Source: Utricularia gibba | Taxonomy: Eukaryota; Plantae; Magnoliophyta | NCBI GenBank assembly: GCA_002189035.1 | Contig: CM007991.1 | Span: 3,286,001 to 3,350,000, forward strand | Direction of reading: 5' to 3' | Length of the DNA stretch: 64,000 nt | Shown: one piece after another, positions 27,561 through 39,400 of the stretch | Layout: each line of letters starts with the position of its first letter | How positions within the stretch are numbered: position 1 is the stretch's first letter | The notes under the pieces: model-generated | What the model was told of the DNA's origin: nothing | The model's database searches: none | What the model saw: the letters and a program-made list of their open reading frames with translations, nothing else | Program-made: the position numbers and the translations under genes

Positions 27561-29487
27561 GCGCTGGCGCCAGGGGATAAAAAAATTAACTTAAAAATAT
27601 TTTTAACAAATCTATAAATAGAAGTCAACGGGCGACTAGAAGTCCTTTTATTAGTTAATGGGCCACTTAATCGTCGGGCCATCAGTTTGAGCCAACTGTC
27701 TAACAGGTTCCTTAAAATTAAAAAGAAACTACTAAATGGTTCATTAATTATTCAATTATATTGGTTTTAAAAAATTATTAAATTTTCGGAAATTAATTCC
27801 GAAAATGAGGATATGAATGGGACCCACAGAGTAGGAAACGCAGAGAACAGGGAGCAGAAAGGGTACTGCTGCGCCGTTAGAGCGGCTTCGAAATTTGAAA
27901 CTTGGATTGAACTGACTATAATACCCCTACATTTCATCTGCTTCCCCGTTACCCTCCCGGATAAACCTAGGGGCAACCGAAGTCTTTTTGTTAGTTTTAC
28001 CGTTACTGGAACGCGTGGTTGAGTAATCTGGAGTTCGTCAAGGTGTCACACGCACAGTAAATTCTCCTCTTTTTCCACTTATTATGCATGCTACAGTTGT
28101 TGTTTTTTTCTGATCGCCGTGTTTAGGTGGTTTCACGAGTTTGCACCGGTGAAAATTTGGAAAGTAGGCCTTTTTTTTGGATTCGGAATGTTAACATTGC
28201 ATTAAATTATGCGTGTTGTATTTCTGATTTGTATGGGGAGTTTGGGGCTGGTGCTTTAACTTAAACCTCTGTTTTGATGAATCCTGTTATTTGAATTTGG
28301 TGATTTGACGTCTGTTGAATCGTTTCCATGAATATGGCGATGCTGTGAATCTTCTGAAATTTTGTTGAGGATCTCTGTGACCTGATGGGCTCTTAATTTT
28401 ATAAAGATTTGAGAATATGGCGCAAGGGAATTGTATTTTTTCCATCGCGACTTTTCTGTTTGAATGTGCACACTTGGAATGGATTTGTTTTCGTCGGGAA
28501 GATAAGCTTATCTGGAGAAACACTGTCCCATTCTTCATCCTCTTCTTGTTACTTTTAAACTGGCAGTAGGTCAAGAAATCGGTACCATTTAGAACTGAAG
28601 GCTTGTTGGTATTTGGAGTCTTTCGAAGAATTTTCACTATTTTACTCCTCATCTCTTCTCTGGTTAGGCTGTAGAATCAAGATGCTTTTGATTCTTTTCT
28701 CCCATGCGTGGTGATTATGTCTTTGTAGTGCTTGGTTACCTCATCATTCGTAGTAAATGCGAAAGCTTCTGAATCGACTTCATGCTGACAACTATAAAAG
28801 CAAGGGCATTTGTAATGATTTGTTCTCTGCACTGAGATAACGAATGTTTGTCTTTTCCATTCATCTACTGTTGCCTCTGTAGCATAGAAGAATTTATTTA
28901 GTTTGTAATCCCTTGTATCAACAGGCCTTTCATATTACGATATTACAATATTGTGTGATATACTTTCGTTTATGCCTTGTTTTCCAAAGTATCGATTTTT
29001 TTTTAATTTTTCTGTATCTCATTCAAAAGGGTGGGCGTGATTTTTGTAACTGAGGAATTTTCAGTTGCAATTCATTGAAATAAATTTTACCCTTGTACAT
29101 TACAGAAGAACTCGAGTGACGCCTGCTTTTTCAGTGGAATTAATCCATTCTTCTGTTCGTTGTTTCACCCTTGAGCTTGGTTGGTCTACATCTACATGAT
29201 CTGTAATCAGGTTAGGCACTGTCTCGGGTTCCTGAACCGTAGGTCACCTTCCAGTGGGCCTTAGCAATTATATACAGATCACTCTCATGTATATTTATTT
29301 ATGGGGGTAGAGATATGCCTCGGCTGGGCGTGGAGTTTTCAACCCAACTACTTCACTGAATGTATCATTTAATTTCTAAATATGTAGACCCCATTAATTG
29401 TGGTTCCTTTCTCTCGTTTTGCCATCTCTTTTATGGTGTTTGCAGCTCTGATGCACGATATCAAAACTCGAAGCTGAAGTTCTGGAG

Positions 29488-32400
29488 ATGAAGAAGATAT
29501 TCTTTTTCCGATCGCATTCATCCAACACCGTGAACAATAATCAATCCTCCCCCCAGCAGTCAACTGAGAAGTTTGTCTCCTGGGAAAAGCCTGTTGAGAA
29601 AGTGGATAGGGGTGCTAAAAACAAGAAGGGCTCAGAAGATCCAGCAAGTCCTTGCCCACCTTATCTGAGAAGAAGTTTGTCCTTCTCATCTGGTTCCCCC
29701 GGGGACTCTGGAAATGGTTTGGGCAAAGGTGATCAAACTGGTTCGCCATGTTCTTCTGGTTCCCAGTCAAAGCAATTTGGGAATTTCTTTTCCAGGTTTG
29801 TTGTCTGTTTTACTCATGCTTCTTTCTTTTTTAGGCTATCTTTGGAAGATGGTTTGCTGTTCCTCTTTTGATTCTGTGTGTTTTTCCTCAGACCACGTGC
29901 TTTGACTCCTGATAGACAAACCAGATTGAGCCGGCAGAAAAAGGAAAAAATTGGTTCAAGAGCGCCATCCGATATATCAGAAGCTTCTTCTTATAGCTCT
30001 AGTAATAAGTCGAATAGGTTTCTGGATCGGTTCATTGATGGAGAGCAGCAAAAGGGAAAGGGCAGCGCAAAAACTAGCCCTTCAAGAAATCATCAGTTAG
30101 GAAATGAAAATACTGAAGGAAATCGTCCACCAAGAATTCAGTTTCATGTGCCCGCTGCATATGACGCTAGCAAAGGGAAGCCAGTGTCGCAATCCTTTCG
30201 TGAGATTAAAGAATTCGGGCACCGTCCTTCATCAGCGAATAGTGGTGAAATTGGGCATAGCATTCACTGTACTAGGAAGCTTGCAAGTCATGTTGTTGAG
30301 AGGCTTTCCCAGTCCCAGCTCTTGAATACAGCGATTTTGAAAGAATCTGACCTTGATAATCCCATCACCATTGAAGATGTTTATGGAAGCACCCTGAATA
30401 CGTTTTCAAGGGGATGCAAGGATGAAATTTCGTCACGAGCCTGTACGAGTGGGCAAGGACAGGCGACGTTTGGATCTGAAAATAAAGAAGTTCCATCCCA
30501 ATTCATGCAAAAGGAGTCATCTTTATGTGATAAAGAGAGATTTCTGGACTCATTAGGTGGTAGCTCCGGCCAAGATGATTTGGATCTATTTCGAAAACAC
30601 CAAGAATCTGAGAAACGGACTGCTAAACTATCAGCTGAGCTTGCTGAGGCAGATTTTCTTCAGTTAAATGATCTGAGTGTGCCTATACTGGTTCAAACCA
30701 TACGAGGCTTAATGGAGGAGAAGCTAAAGATGGCTTATGAGGTTACAGCAGTGCTGGAAGATAGAATCGCTGAAAAGGCCTTTTTTAGGGAAAAAATTAA
30801 ACTGGAAACGGCCGAACTGAACGCAAAGTGCCGGAGATTGGAGAATGGAAAGAATGAGTTGCAGCATACGCTTGAGAAGGAACTGGAAAGGAGGTCGACC
30901 GAGTGGTCCATGAAGCTGGAGAAACTGCAGGTGGAAGAGCAGAGGCTTAGGGATAGAGTGAGAGAACTAGCGGAACAGAATGTTGACCTCCAACGTGAAG
31001 TCTCATCTTCGAGTGAAACTGGGACGACGGCTAGAGACAAAGTTTCAAACTTGGAGAGCCAAGTACGTGATTTATCATTTCGAGTCCAGGAAGCTACAGA
31101 AGAGAACCGGTGCCTGCAAAAATCTTTATCTGAAATGCAAAACAAAGCTAGAGCAGCAGAGGAAGACAGAGATTTCATCCGGAGGAATTATGATGATAAG
31201 GTATCCGAGTGCAAGGATTTGTACCAAGCAATCTGTAGACTACGAAAAACGTGTAACGATCAAGATAAGACAATTGATGGGCTGCGAGAGCTTTGTGAGG
31301 ATATGGGTCAGAAAATTTCCAAGGACAATTTTGATTCCAAATTGGTGAAGGTGCAAATGGAACATATGAGACTAACCGGAGTAGAGCATACATTGAGGAA
31401 GGAGGTGGAGTCATGTAGAGCGGAGATAGATTCACTTAGGTGTGAGAACATAGATCTGCTCACCCGTCTCAAGAATAGTAGGAACGTGAATGAGCCTATG
31501 ACTTTTAAGCTGGACAGAGAACTTCAAAACCGAGTTAAAGCCTTCCAAGATCAGTTTCTTTCGTTACTGAAAGAGAGCACTCAACTTGGAAGGAAATTCC
31601 TTAGCCACTTCAAGTCCAAAAGTGGCTTTTCCATGAAAAAGGGTTCAGATGGGCAAGTGCTAGTTGAACTTGAAGTGAAGCTTCAAGGTCTAGAGGGCGC
31701 AGTCGATTACCTGAATACCTCAATGTTAACCATATCCAATGTTCTTCATGAAAAATCTATGCTGAATGGAGACTGTTATGGACAAATCCAAATGTCTGGT
31801 TTGACTAATGAAACAAATGTAAGAGGTCAACTGAAGCCCGAGGTACCTAAGTTCCCATTTTACTACATTGTTACGTGAAGTTCCAATTGATCAGAAGATC
31901 CTTAATCCTTTGTAATGTCTTTGTCTTCCTTAGGATATGACCAAATCAGAACTGAAAGCTGAGATCTTGCTCACTACCTTGTTAAAGGAGAAGCTGTATG
32001 CGAAGGAGCTTGAAATTGAACAGCTACAGGCTGAGCTTGCTGCGGCTGTTAGAGGCAATGATATTCTCAAGTCTGAAATTCAAAATGCCGAAGACGACTT
32101 ATCCTGCATAAACCACAAGACGAAGGAACTTGAACTTCAGGTCACCTCTACCACACATTCTCCAAGGGGTTTTCTTCTGTTTAAGGATAGAACCAGTGCA
32201 TCATCACTCAAGCGGTTTCCTTTTTTGTTTTTGATACAGTTGATAAAAAAGGACGAGACCATCAATAAACTCCAACATGATGTCCAAGAATGCAGCAAAG
32301 ATCTTGGTATTTTGAGAGGAATACTCCCGAAAGTTTCTGAAGAGAGGGATCAAATGTGGGAACAGGTTAAGCAGATGACAGAGAAGCACATGCTACTGAA

Positions 32401-32557
32401 CTCTGAGATCTCTTCGTTGAGGAAGAAAATTGAGGTCCTTGACGAAGACATATTGATGAAAGAAGGACAAATCACCATTTTAAAAGACAGTGTAACTAAA
32501 CCGTTTGACCTTTTCTCCAGCACAGATGATGCTGATGCCTTGTGTTGGGCTCGTTAG
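29488..32557 (+). CDS. Long coiled-coil protein (plant family starting MKKxFFFRS; recalled similarity to At3g55060/At2g39300)
   Basis: MKKIFFFRS start, LRRSLSFSS, RALTPDRQ, DRFIDGEQQ, EQRLRDRVRELAEQNVDLQREVS, KEKLYAKELEIEQLQAELAAAVRGNDIL, KIEVLDEDILMKEGQITILKD; a 666-codon central ORF. Confidence 0.85.
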
Positions 32558-32849
32558 ATGGGCATTCATGTAGCAAAACTTCCAGTGTATAGGGTGGGAT
32601 TCTTCGCAAGAAACAGACATAGCTCCTGATGAAAGAAGGGATTTCTTTACTGTGAATAGGGTGGGTTTTTCTGTTGTCCGTACGATAAGATATGGCTACT
32701 GAAAGGATTAGTGACGCTAAAAAGATGAAATAAGGGTAATGTGAGTTTAGGCGCTAATCACGATAATTAGATAAGTGGCTAATTTATTTCTATGTATGGG
32801 CTATGATGAAATTTAACGGCTGTTCTTCTGGGCGGGGCGAAAGGTAGTG

Positions 32850-34880
32850 ATGGCGAACCCCGGCGAAATGACGCCGGAGCGAAATGTTGGCGTGTCGGCC
32901 CTCTACGATATGCTTGGAGAAGCCAAGGCGTCAACGGAGGAGGCCGTGGCGAAAATGCTGGCGATTAAGAAAGAAGGTCAACCTAAGTCTCAACTTCGAG
33001 AACTTGCCATGCAAGTCACACTCAATTTCATCAAGCTCCGCCAGGTTCCGTTAAATGGATTTTTCACAGTTTCAGTGGACACGTAGAGCGCATTTTCTTA
33101 CAGTCGTTGCTGCTTGTTTCTTTCTTGATAGGGCTTTTTTGTTGTTTTGGTGCGAATTGGGATTTTGATATCTATGGACGTAATTAGATTCATTGCTGAT
33201 TGACATTTTGTTTTTTTATGAGTGATTGTATATTTTGAGATTGCTTCATGTGTTTCTAAATGCCTGTAATAGGTGAATAGGTCAATCTTGCTGGAAGAAG
33301 ATAAGGTTAAATCTGAAACGGAACGCATGGAGGCTCCTGTGGAATTGATTACATTGCAACTCCATAATCTAATGTATGAAAAGAATCACTATGTAAAAGC
33401 AATAAAGGCGTGCAAAGGCTTCAAAACAAAGTTTCCGGATATTGAACTTGTACCAGAGGAAGAGTTCTTGAAAGATGCCATTGAGGACAGCAAGAGCCTC
33501 GCGTTATCAGCTGACAGCTCTCATGATTTGATGCTTAAAAGGCTCAACCATGAGCTACTTCAGGCATTCTTTTTTTTTTTTTGATTGCATGTATTTTCCA
33601 ATCTAGTTGAATTCTATTTGATTTCACATTCATCTAAAGAACCAAGTTAAGTATTTATTCTTTCTATTTCAGCGCAAAGAACTATGCAAGCTGCGTAAGG
33701 AGTTAGAGCAGCAAAAGAGTTCTCTCCAGGAAACAATTGCAAATAGGAAAAAAATTTTATCTAGTCTTCCTTCACACCTTAAACCTCTCAAGAAAGCATC
33801 CTTGCCTGTTCAGCAGCACTTAGATTTCATGAACACCAAGAAACTAAAGCAGCACCAATTGGCAGAATTACTTCCTCCTCCTCTTTATATAATCTACTCA
33901 CAGCTACTAGCCCAAAAAGAAGCCTTCGGGGAAAATATTGAACTGGAGATAGTGGGAAATGTCAAGGATGCGCAGACTTTTGCCTGGAAACTAGCTAACA
34001 AGGACTCTGGTAACTTTGCTTATTCACTGAATTCTTTTGTTGATCAGTATATTAGTATTGGAGTTACATCTTATGTCTAAAGTTCCCTGTTGTTCCTTTT
34101 TTTCTAGCTTGCAGTTCTTGGGTCTACCAACCTAGACATTGTTACTTACAAAAGGCATTGATACATATAGGATAGCCTGTCATTTCTATTTTTGTTTTGT
34201 TAATTTTAAGCGCAAACTGCCCAATTGGATATATCTAATATGGAGGAAGATGTGCTTGATGAGGAAGACGATGAACAGCAAAGGAGAAAGCGGCCTAAAA
34301 AGAAACTAAGCAGGGAGAAACTTGACCAGTCTAGCATGTACCATGGTCATCCACTTAAAGTTATCCTTGACATAAATGATGACCAACATGCAGGAGGAGC
34401 AACAGGAAAACTTATAAGTCTGAAATTTGAGTTCTTGTATAAGTTAAACATCATCTGTGTAGAAGTTGATGGTTCTGATGGGGCTTCTCATGGTGATGCA
34501 TTGTACAACTTATTTCCTGACGACACTGGCCTCGAATTCCCTCACCAGGTTGTCTTATTTGTTCATAAGGCTTAGTGACACCATTGGCGTACTGTTTCTC
34601 ATACTTTTTTATGCAGGCTGTGAAGCTCTGTGTTGGAGATTCTATTTTATTTGATGAGACAAGAACTTCACGCCCATATAAGTGGGCTCAACATTTGGCA
34701 GGAATTGATTTTCTGCCAGAGGTGTCACCATTGGTTTCAGGCGTTGTAGAAAAAAATGATGGAAATAGTAAACATTCGTTCATCTTATCTGGTCTCTCAT
34801 TGTATCGTCAGCAAAATAGAGTTCAAAGTGTTGTTCAGAGGATACGTGAACGAATGAAGGCTCAAATGGCTCTTGGTTGA
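32850..34880 (+). CDS. THO5: THO complex subunit 5 (FMIP domain), apparently C-terminally truncated at about 473 aa
   Basis: ITLQLHNLMYEKNHYVKAIKACKGFK, DLMLKRLNHELLQ|RKELCK, AELLPPPLYIIYSQLLAQKEAF, FEFLYKLNIICV, SRPYKWAQHLAGIDFLPE. Exons 32850-33044, 33273-33563, 33673-34009, 34211-34548, 34617-34875. Confidence 0.85.
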
Positions 34881-35508
34881 GTCACTACTGAATTTATTGT
34901 GGAAATTTTCGGACATGGAATTTCTAGATGTATAAAGCAAACACTAGCTTTTTGTTGATGCGCTCATATTATTTAAATATCTGTTTGATGAACCGTCATG
35001 TCCTCTGAGAAGAAACATACTTCAAAAGTTGATACCTGTTTGGTCGAGGCAACAGGTGCATGATTTCATGACCCCCGCTAGATACTTTGAATTCTGATTC
35101 TTTCTTGGTTATGTTTGTCCTTAGAAATAATCAGTCTCTGTGACTTTGAGGGATTCCTTACCGAACATAAATTGGCTTCTCCGGTCAGCTGCTAAACCGA
35201 AGGAGCATTTTCAGGAAATACCTCAAGCTGAGTTTTCTTACTATGATCAAACTTTGGATTCTTAGTTGATTCTGTACCACATGCTAGAGGTGCCCCTTCG
35301 GGCGATGATGCTGACAGCGATTCCACGTGTTATTTATTAAATCTGGAATATTACACCTTGTTAGGAATTCTACAACTACTTAGGACAACAGGACCTAAAC
35401 ATGCCTGCTTCTGGGAACGTTCCTAGGTAAATATTCCACCATCACTAAAAGATGGGCTTCCTGAGTAAATATTTACTGGCTGAACACAATTGAGTTCCAC
35501 GACAGGTT

Positions 35509-36997
35509 TCACAAAGGACCTGACTCAGTCCTCAAGCATTTTCTCTTCCTGTGTTTCTGCTGGCTCATGAGCTCCAGAAGCTGAAAGCCATGACAGTTAT
35601 TTATTGAAGCCAAATTTGAATCGGAATGTTCTCATTTTGTCAACAAATGGATTTGTGAATTTGGTACCTGATTCTTGTGCATTTCCAGCAGTTCCTCCTG
35701 CAGCATACAGGGGGAAATTAGAATGATTACATCTCCCCAAGAAAGTGTATGAGCATCAAGGAGATTTGATTTATCTACCTGCCTTTCCCTCAGATTCTCA
35801 TTTTCCTCCTTTAGTTTTGCGATTTCTCCTTCCAATTCCACTGTGTATGCCTGCATATAATCCAGATATTAGCATGTTTACTAGTACTATCTTTCTGGGG
35901 TTGGTAATTTTTTACCTGTTTGCGAGCTCTTGATCTTGCAGCTGATTCTCTGTTTTTAATCATCCTCCTTTGCCTTCTTTCCACCGCTTTCTCTAAAGCA
36001 GGAGTTTTCCTTGCCCTTAATCTACCATTAAAGGGGTAAGGCCCTGGAGAAACGGAAGATGATGGTTCACCATTCCTGGGTGAAATGACAGGAGATCCTG
36101 CTGGGAGACCAACGGTTCCCAACCCAATCACCCCTAATCCTCCACCCGGTAACCCATAGTTTTGAATCACGGTTTTGGTCACTGTTTTTTCAGGAATATC
36201 AAGAATCCCATTCCCCGTCTCCGTACTAACAGGATGGTGATTACTATTTGGAAGCCTAATGCTTGATCCATAAGCTGAAGCAGTTTGCTTCGGGACAAGT
36301 GGCTGCGGATGCTGAGGCGAAAACTGCTGCCTTGCGCCTATTGAATCTAATACCAGATTAGCAGAATGCAACGAAGGTGAGTTGGCACTCTCTGATACCA
36401 AACCACCCATTAATCCACACTGTTGATGCTGATACACACACCCTGAGCTGCTGTTCATTTGGATTGGAAAATGCCCAATAAAGCCAACAGAATCAGGGTT
36501 AGGTGGTGCAGCCTGAACCTCCTCCCTCCCAACACCTGTTCTCACCAGAAACTCTTCAAGTGTAACCTCTCCCAAAGTTGGCTCCCTCTGTGTCTGTTCT
36601 AAGCTCATCCCACCATCCCCTGGATTCCCATCCCTCCCTGCAACGAAATCCTTTGATATATCACGCCAAATTTCGTCTACCGTTTTCTGGCTTAGCGTTC
36701 TAGGAAGATTCAGTGATCCCTGCCTAAGTAAGTATCCAGGCCCAGCTCCTGTTCCAGCAGCAGCAGCAGCACTTGTTGTGGATCCAAAGCTGTTGTTCTC
36801 CTCCGCGCTCCATATGTTCTTCAGCAACTCATCCATGTTCATGGATCCAAAGTCCTTCCCAATCCCCCAGCAGAGCTTTGAAACTCATCAAATGTCATGG
36901 AGAAGATTGAAAGCTGCCTCGGCAGCTGAAAATCCACTTGAGGTGTTCCACTGCCACCATCAGCCGTAAAACCCTTGAAATCAAAACCGCTCCCCAT
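35509..36997 (-). CDS. ABF2: Group A bZIP, ABF/AREB type; one apparent -1 frameshift near 36857
   Basis: C1 RQLSIFSMTFDEFQ, MNMDELLKNIW, C2 RQGSLNLPRTLSQKTVDEIW, C3 TLGEVTLEEFL, bZIP RRQRRMIKNRESAARSRARKQ|AYTVELE, last exon KRKCLRTESGPL* (stop 35509). The paralog number is uncertain. Confidence 0.9.
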
Positions 36998-37932
36998 TCC
37001 AACCGCTGAATAGATGGGAATGAATGAATGATCACAAGAGATGAGAGAATGGCCAAGAAGGAGCTGAATCCTCGAACCGGCAAATCGCACCCCAGAAGAA
37101 ACCGGTCAAAAGGCTATAAGGTAAGAAGCTTAAGGTGCTCCTCCTTTTCAAAGTCAAACAGAAAGGAGGCCTGCTCGGAGTTGTCTCCGGGAAGCCAATT
37201 TTAAAGGCCGTGACTGAGTTTATGGAGCAGTGACTGAGGTTCTTGGGAAGACGATGAACACGAGAAGAGTCATCAGGGAGGGCGAATGAGATAACGGGGA
37301 TAGTGGGACCCAGGATGTGATGCATGGGACCAGCGAACTGCGCAGCATCGGACTTTCCCGTCTGCAGAGTGGAGAAGATGTGGGCGATCCAGGCCGTCCA
37401 CGTTACCGACCCGGGTAGTGGCTGCCTGCCATTGCCGTCTTTCTTGTCCTGGATTTTGTTTTTCTTTTTAGAAAAACAAAGCGGTTCTTGAAAACTAATC
37501 ATGGGCTTCTCATGGATTGAATTGCAGGCCCGGGAACAGCTGCTCACCTTGCTGGCTTTTGGTTGACCCAAAGTGGTTGGCATTGTCAAGCACTTAGTAA
37601 CAAGACAACCGAGAAAGGGACTGGCGTTTACATTCAATCCATACTGCGTTCATCAGTTTTCGGTGAGAATTAAAGGATGTGATTCCATAGCGGCTGACTT
37701 GTGCAGTCGCCCATGCTCATGCAGTCTTTCGTTGAACAGGTCTATTACCAGGGTATGGGTTTGGACTAAGGTTACATCGTTGTTGGTGTGGGTGAAATTG
37801 TTTTACTCTCAGTCCCGGTAAAAAAGTCCGGTAAGGCACTATTGATTGCTGCACTCATACAATGAAGAAAAAAAAGAAAAGGAACTTTGCTAGGAGTTTG
37901 TATGAGTTTCTTTTCTGAAATGGAACTGATAT

Positions 37933-38631
37933 TCATGGCTGCTGCTTGTGTTTGTCTTGGGCAGCGATGGAGTTTTTGCAGTGAGCAATCGCAGCTTCAA
38001 CGGCAGCCTGCAGTTCTTCCATTGTACCATCATTTCGCGCCGCTGGTGTCGACTTCCCACTTGCTACCAGCAACCCACTATTCGAGGGCGAGCTTCTCAT
38101 CGTCGCAGGCGCCGACACTGGTATCATCACCTTGTTTCTCTGCATCCCCAGGTCACCGGAAAACCGCAGCCTATTAACCGGAGAATCCTTCTTCCCCTGT
38201 TTTTCTCCCCTGTTTCTCAACGATCCCAAAATCGGCTTCACCATCCTCTCGTACCATTTGTAGACATCAAATTTCTTCTTCTTCTTCTTGCTCCCAAATC
38301 TGGGCATCCTCAAAAATGGAGACTTTTCTTTCTCTTCACCTTTCAAGAGATGGGTGTCTTCGATTTCCCTCTCTGTATCCAGGATTTTGCTGTCTTCGCC
38401 GTTCAATTCGTTGGTCTGACGAGTGAAGCTCTCCGCGGAGGAGCGTGGAGAAAGTGAAAGGAAATGGAGAGGAAGCAAATGGCCGTGGTAGAAGATCTCA
38501 TCCGCCGGAGACAAATCCACGGTGGCGGAGGAACAACTTTCCTGCGGATTCATTGAAACAGCGAAGGAGAATTCAGATGATGGCTGCACTTCGTCTGCTT
38601 CGCCAGGAACTTGTAGGTGCGTTCCTTCCAT
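37933..38631 (-). CDS. BKI1: BRI1 kinase inhibitor 1 (BKI1/MAKR family), intronless
   Basis: DLSPADEIFYHGHLLPLH, basic KKKKKKFDV..Y..MVKP membrane motif, SAPATMRSSPSNSGLL, TMEELQAAVEAAIAHCKNS. Confidence 0.9.
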   Translation of the reverse strand: MEGTHLQVPGEADEVQPSSEFSFAVSMNPQESCSSATVDLSPADEIFYHGHLLPLHFLSLSPRSSAESFTRQTNELNGEDSKILDTEREIEDTHLLKGEEKEKSPFLRMPRFGSKKKKKKFDVYKWYERMVKPILGSLRNRGEKQGKKDSPVNRLRFSGDLGMQRNKVMIPVSAPATMRSSPSNSGLLVASGKSTPAARNDGTMEELQAAVEAAIAHCKNSIAAQDKHKQQP

Positions 38632-38929
38632 TTCGCCTCTGTTTCATCAATTCATTTCTGGATTCCCAAAGAAAGGTTTCACTACAAAATCATTTGTATC
38701 TGTACAAGGGAATCAAAATCGTCTGTGGGTGCGTTCGTGATAGTCAATGTTTTTAGTGTAATTTGTTGTGTTATCATTAATTTTCAGTTCGAGATGTACA
38801 TGTCCAAGGCATTTATTACAGACCCATGTCAGGATCCTGGAGGTTGACCATGGTTTGGTTAAGGAGCAAGAGCACCATCTTTCATGCTGGGCATGGTAAC
38901 TGTTCTGGTTAGGGAGCAAGAGTAACGAG

Positions 38930-38937
38930 CACGTGTG
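38930..38937. promoter_or_regulatory. G-box/BRRE (CACGTGTG) about 300 bp upstream of BKI1
   Basis: gagCACGTGTGcc read directly; contains CACGTG and CGTGTG. Confidence 0.35.
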
Positions 38938-39400
38938 CCTTCGGTCGTCCATTGCGGGGAAGACTTCTCCTTTTCCCTCTTCCAAGGTATAAATAAATAT
39001 AACCTCATTTTGTTTCTACTTACGGGAAGAATTAACCAATTCAATATGATTTCAACTGTCAAACTTTGGAACTTTCTCTGTGTTGGGTAGCAGCACTACA
39101 GGGGAAGCACGCGCTCTCCCGAGCCATTCGAAAATTGTGAAGAATTGTTTCATTCCCATAAGAGTGGGATGAGTAATGTTTTTTCTCTGCAGAAATAAGC
39201 TTTCTCCAAGTAAATTTAAGAGATCTGTGGGATTCTCCTTACTGTCGCAGCTTCCTGTATTATCATCACTCTCTACTTGAATGGTGGAAGAATCAAGCTG
39301 AACGTGTTTCATATGTTCTTTTCCAGGCAAAGAACTCACGGCCATTCCCAGTGTTTGATCTGCTGCCCAGTGATCATCACTTTGAACGGTAACAGCTTCG

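Noticed and set aside
30735-31178. 147-aa Ser-rich minus ORF
   Set aside because: Antisense of the Glu/Lys-rich coiled-coil exon.
37032-37637. 201-codon minus ORF ending just upstream of ABF
   Set aside because: No recognisable domain, spans promoter-like DNA, and one ORF of this length can arise by chance across both strands of 64 kb. Ribo-seq could revive it as a uORF.
37948-38457. 169-aa plus ORF
   Set aside because: Antisense shadow of BKI1.
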